DNA of 13,465 nucleotides from a virus: UHGV virus genome UHGV-2124687; one strand, 5' to 3'. Shown piece by piece: positions 11,676 to 13,465 of this stretch (position 1 is its first letter; each line of letters starts with the position of its first letter). The notes under the pieces were generated by a model. It saw only the letters and a program-made list of their open reading frames with translations, ran no database searches and was not told where the DNA came from. The position numbers and the translations under genes were made by a program.

Positions 11676-11820
11676 GTTAGGTTATACTCAAACACGGGTC
11701 TGAACAGCCCGCTGAGTAACACTGCGCCAACCGGGAAAACGCCATGGCGCATAAAACTGAATTACCCCATTCACACCGTTCCTTCGTGAGCGGTGTCGCT
11801 GTTTGTGCTGGTGGTGCAGC

Positions 11821-12129
11821 ATGAGCAGATCAAAGACCAAAGCCGAACAACTTCATCTTTCCCGCGTAGTCGTGCTGGGCTGTATTGTCTGCAAAAACCT
11901 GAATCTGGGTGAAACCCCAGCAGAGATACATCACATCCGAACTGGTCAGGGAGCTGGCCAGCGCGCTGACAATTTCAAAGTTATTCCTCTTTGCCCAATC
12001 CATCATCGCCAGGGCGGACACGGCGTAGCCATTCACGCTGGCCGCCAGTCCTGGGAAAACAATTACGGTACTGAAACAGAGCTGCTGGTGCAGGTTCTCT
12101 ACGAACTGGGGGAATCGACTTATGCCTGA
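11821..12129 (+). CDS. Ref-like HNH-type nuclease (recombination enhancement function family)
   Basis: ATG 11821. The product contains LGCIVCKN...PAEIHHIRTGQGAGQRADNFKVIPLCPIHHRQGGHGVAIHAG. These Cys/His motifs match the small Ref-family proteins that sit next to rusA in lambdoid prophages (from memory). Confidence 0.6.
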   Translation: MSRSKTKAEQLHLSRVVVLGCIVCKNLNLGETPAEIHHIRTGQGAGQRADNFKVIPLCPIHHRQGGHGVAIHAGRQSWENNYGTETELLVQVLYELGESTYA

Positions 12130-12481
12130 ATATAAAATCTCTCCCGTTGGTAAGCCCAGAATGACCCGCGCTGATAAATGGAAAAAGCGCCCCGAGGTTC
12201 TGCGTTACCGGGCTTTCTGTGATGAAGTGCGTCTGCAGGGTATTGAGCTGCCGGAAAGTGGCTCGCATGTCACCTTCATCCTTCCGATGCCAGCGAGCTG
12301 GAGCAAAAAGAAACGGGCTGAGTTCAACGGTAAACCGCACCAGGCTAAACCTGATTTCGACAACATGATGAAAGCCCTGATGGACGCTATTTACGAAAAT
12401 GATGCTCATATATGGGATGTACGGGTATCAAAATTATGGGGTGAAACAGGGAGAATTATTATTGAGGAGCTAAAAGCATGA
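12122..12481 (+). CDS. rusA: RusA-family Holliday junction resolvase
   Basis: 119 aa. GKPRMT lies near the N-terminus. The catalytic-type motif is KPDFDNMMKALMDAIYENDAHIWDVRV (E. coli RusA reads [32 protein letters not shown]). The gene overlaps both neighbours, as is typical of nin regions. Confidence 0.75.
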   Translation: MPEYKISPVGKPRMTRADKWKKRPEVLRYRAFCDEVRLQGIELPESGSHVTFILPMPASWSKKKRAEFNGKPHQAKPDFDNMMKALMDAIYENDAHIWDVRVSKLWGETGRIIIEELKA

Positions 12482-13077
12482 CGCCACGCCAACGAAGACT
12501 ACAGCAGTCAGCACTTGAAAAAGCAGCAGTTGCGCCGCGTAAAAGCTGGCTGGGTAAATGCATTCTTCTGACGGGGATTCAGTCCGGATGGATTAAATCC
12601 CTGCTCACTACATGGGGCGAGGGTGTGGGAGGTAAAACAGCACCTCGTATGCCGCGGGGCCATGCGTGCTGGAATGTGCTTAAGGGACGGAACTGGTCAG
12701 ATAAGGCGCTTGAGCGTTTCACTGCTGCGTTGAATCAGGCGAGAGAAGAGGGATTCCGTGGACAGCAGGCAATGAACAGGGCACATAGCATTCTCTGGCC
12801 CCAGTCCCCCGCCAGTGTGATTGACGAGGCCCTGCATAATGACGATGTCGATTTTGTTGAGCAATGCGTACTGCAGGCTCTGGATATTAACGATCCGGTT
12901 TATGTTGTTGGTCTTCAGTATTACACCACTCGAAAAAAAATCTCAGACATAACCCGGGAACTGCAGACGATTGCACCATGGTTAACTGACGGGGAGGCGA
13001 GAAAGCGCGTGCGCTGGTGCCTGGAAATATTCAGAGCAAAGGTCTTTTTGGAGGCACGCAAACAACTATCTGAATAG
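12478..13077 (+). CDS. Late-gene antiterminator Q (Phage_antitermQ-type)
   Basis: 199 aa. It is the last gene before a promoter-plus-terminator pair. Position and size fit Q. Sequence features (…GHACWNVLKGRNW…VYVVGLQYYTTRKKISDITRELQ…RKRVRWCLEIFRAKV) resemble the Gifsy/21-type Q family from memory. Confidence 0.7.
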   Translation: MTPRQRRLQQSALEKAAVAPRKSWLGKCILLTGIQSGWIKSLLTTWGEGVGGKTAPRMPRGHACWNVLKGRNWSDKALERFTAALNQAREEGFRGQQAMNRAHSILWPQSPASVIDEALHNDDVDFVEQCVLQALDINDPVYVVGLQYYTTRKKISDITRELQTIAPWLTDGEARKRVRWCLEIFRAKVFLEARKQLSE

Positions 13078-13125
13078 ACTCAATGAACCATTTTTAGCTA
13101 TTAGTGCTTTTTTTTGATAGTGGAG

Positions 13126-13153
13126 TTGAAAACGGGCCAGAAAATTAGATAAT
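13126..13153 (+). promoter_or_regulatory. PR'-like late promoter
   Basis: TTGAAA (13126-13131), a 16-nt spacer, then GATAAT (13148-13153). It lies 49 nt after the Q stop and ~70 nt before a strong terminator. Confidence 0.55.
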
Positions 13154-13221
13154 CCATTCATGCTTGGCAGAGCTGCGCCACGATGGCAGCGACGAAAAGC
13201 GAACAATTTGAATATAACGAG

Positions 13222-13249
13222 AACCCCGCCAGCGCGGGGTTTTTGCTTT
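13222..13249 (+). terminator. tR'-like intrinsic terminator (predicted target of Q antitermination)
   Basis: AA-CCCCGC-cagc-GCGGGG-TTTTTGCTTT has an all-GC 6-bp stem. The predicted short transcript from the promoter is ~85 nt, analogous to lambda 6S RNA. Confidence 0.8.
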
Positions 13250-13312
13250 CCGGCGATACGACAGGGGTATTCGCGAACGTGCTACGGCACAGTACCCCTG
13301 TCACATCGTCGG
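13250..13312 (+). other. Extended 63-nt hairpin immediately after the late terminator
   Basis: CCGGCGA (13250-13256) pairs with TCGTCGG (13306-13312), including one G-U pair. After a 3x3 internal loop, GACAGGGGTA (13260-13269) pairs with TACCCCTGTC (13293-13302). An apical GTGC-tacg-GCAC follows. There is no U-tract. Confidence 0.5.
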
Positions 13313-13465
13313 TCTAATCATAGAAAATATAAAAGCGTGCCGTTTCGCGGGCTTTATCGTCTCTGGAGTCTGGGTGTCGAAAATTAAAACAATACCTAAT
13401 ACGATATATTTATCCTGACTTATCCAATTTTTCTGCAGAGGTATTTATCTTTGATAACACCATCA

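Larger units (their letters stand above)
1..13465. mobile_element. Lambdoid (Rac/Gifsy-like) prophage segment: early-left, immunity, replication, nin and Q regions
   Basis: The gene order is colinear with lambdoid phages. RecE-like and small early-left genes run leftward. CI-like and Cro-like genes are divergent. Then come YdaT/CII-like, O-like with iterons, P-like, nin-type genes, RusA and Q, followed by a late promoter and terminator. Several gene junctions overlap (TGATG at 3781-3785, GTGA at 4511-4514, ATGA at 6717-6720 and 12478-12481, 8-nt overlap at 12122-12129). No int or att lies in the window. Confidence 0.85.

Noticed and set aside
11807-11814. Chi site GCTGGTGG
   Set aside because: It is a single occurrence. 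An 8-mer is expected about 0.4 times by chance in 13.5 kb counting both strands, so it carries no weight.
13250-13312. Possible tRNA (a 7-bp acceptor-like stem closes the element)
   Set aside because: Only one continuous extended hairpin can be drawn. There are no D or T arms and no cloverleaf, and at 63 nt it is too short.
13160-13387. Track ORF of 75 aa after Q
   Set aside because: It would encode through the tR'-like terminator and the 63-nt hairpin. It has an Arg-rich off-frame-like composition and no SD.

Overview
This window is the early and regulatory half of a lambdoid (Rac/Gifsy-like) enterobacterial prophage. No integrase or att site lies inside it, so the element ends are undefined. 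From left to right I read five blocks. (1) A leftward early operon ends in a 490-codon RecE-like (exonuclease VIII) N-terminal fragment. That frame runs off the left edge and is missing from the supplied ORF track; I confirmed it is open by checking every codon. (2) An immunity region holds a 135-aa HTH-only CI-like repressor, a divergent Cro/YdaS-like gene and a YdaT/CII-like gene. (3) A replication module holds an O-like initiator with a DnaT-like C-terminal domain and an iteron origin inside the gene, followed by a lambda-P-like protein. (4) A nin-type region carries a tandem winged-helix protein, small zinc-ribbon proteins, a LexA-box/DinI operon, a Ref-like HNH protein and RusA. (5) A Q-type antiterminator is followed by a PR'-like promoter and a strong terminator. 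The nin region is interrupted at about 7.1-11.0 kb by roughly 3.9 kb of cargo. The cargo includes a small 2-TM membrane protein, a secreted Cys-rich mini-protein, an AT-rich two-gene cassette, and a bacterial-type divergent GNAT/LysR pair. Three related copies of a terminator-ended non-coding element punctuate the cargo; the only intact copy sits directly upstream of the LexA box. Most worth a second look: the predicted SOS-antirepressor switch, the repeated sRNA-like element, the terminator-laden structured leader of the leftward operon, and the orphan genes at positions where prophages usually carry exclusion or defence functions. Two N-runs (7542-7560 and 9442-9518) limit what can be said locally. 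All homology statements rest on my memory of protein families, not on searches.
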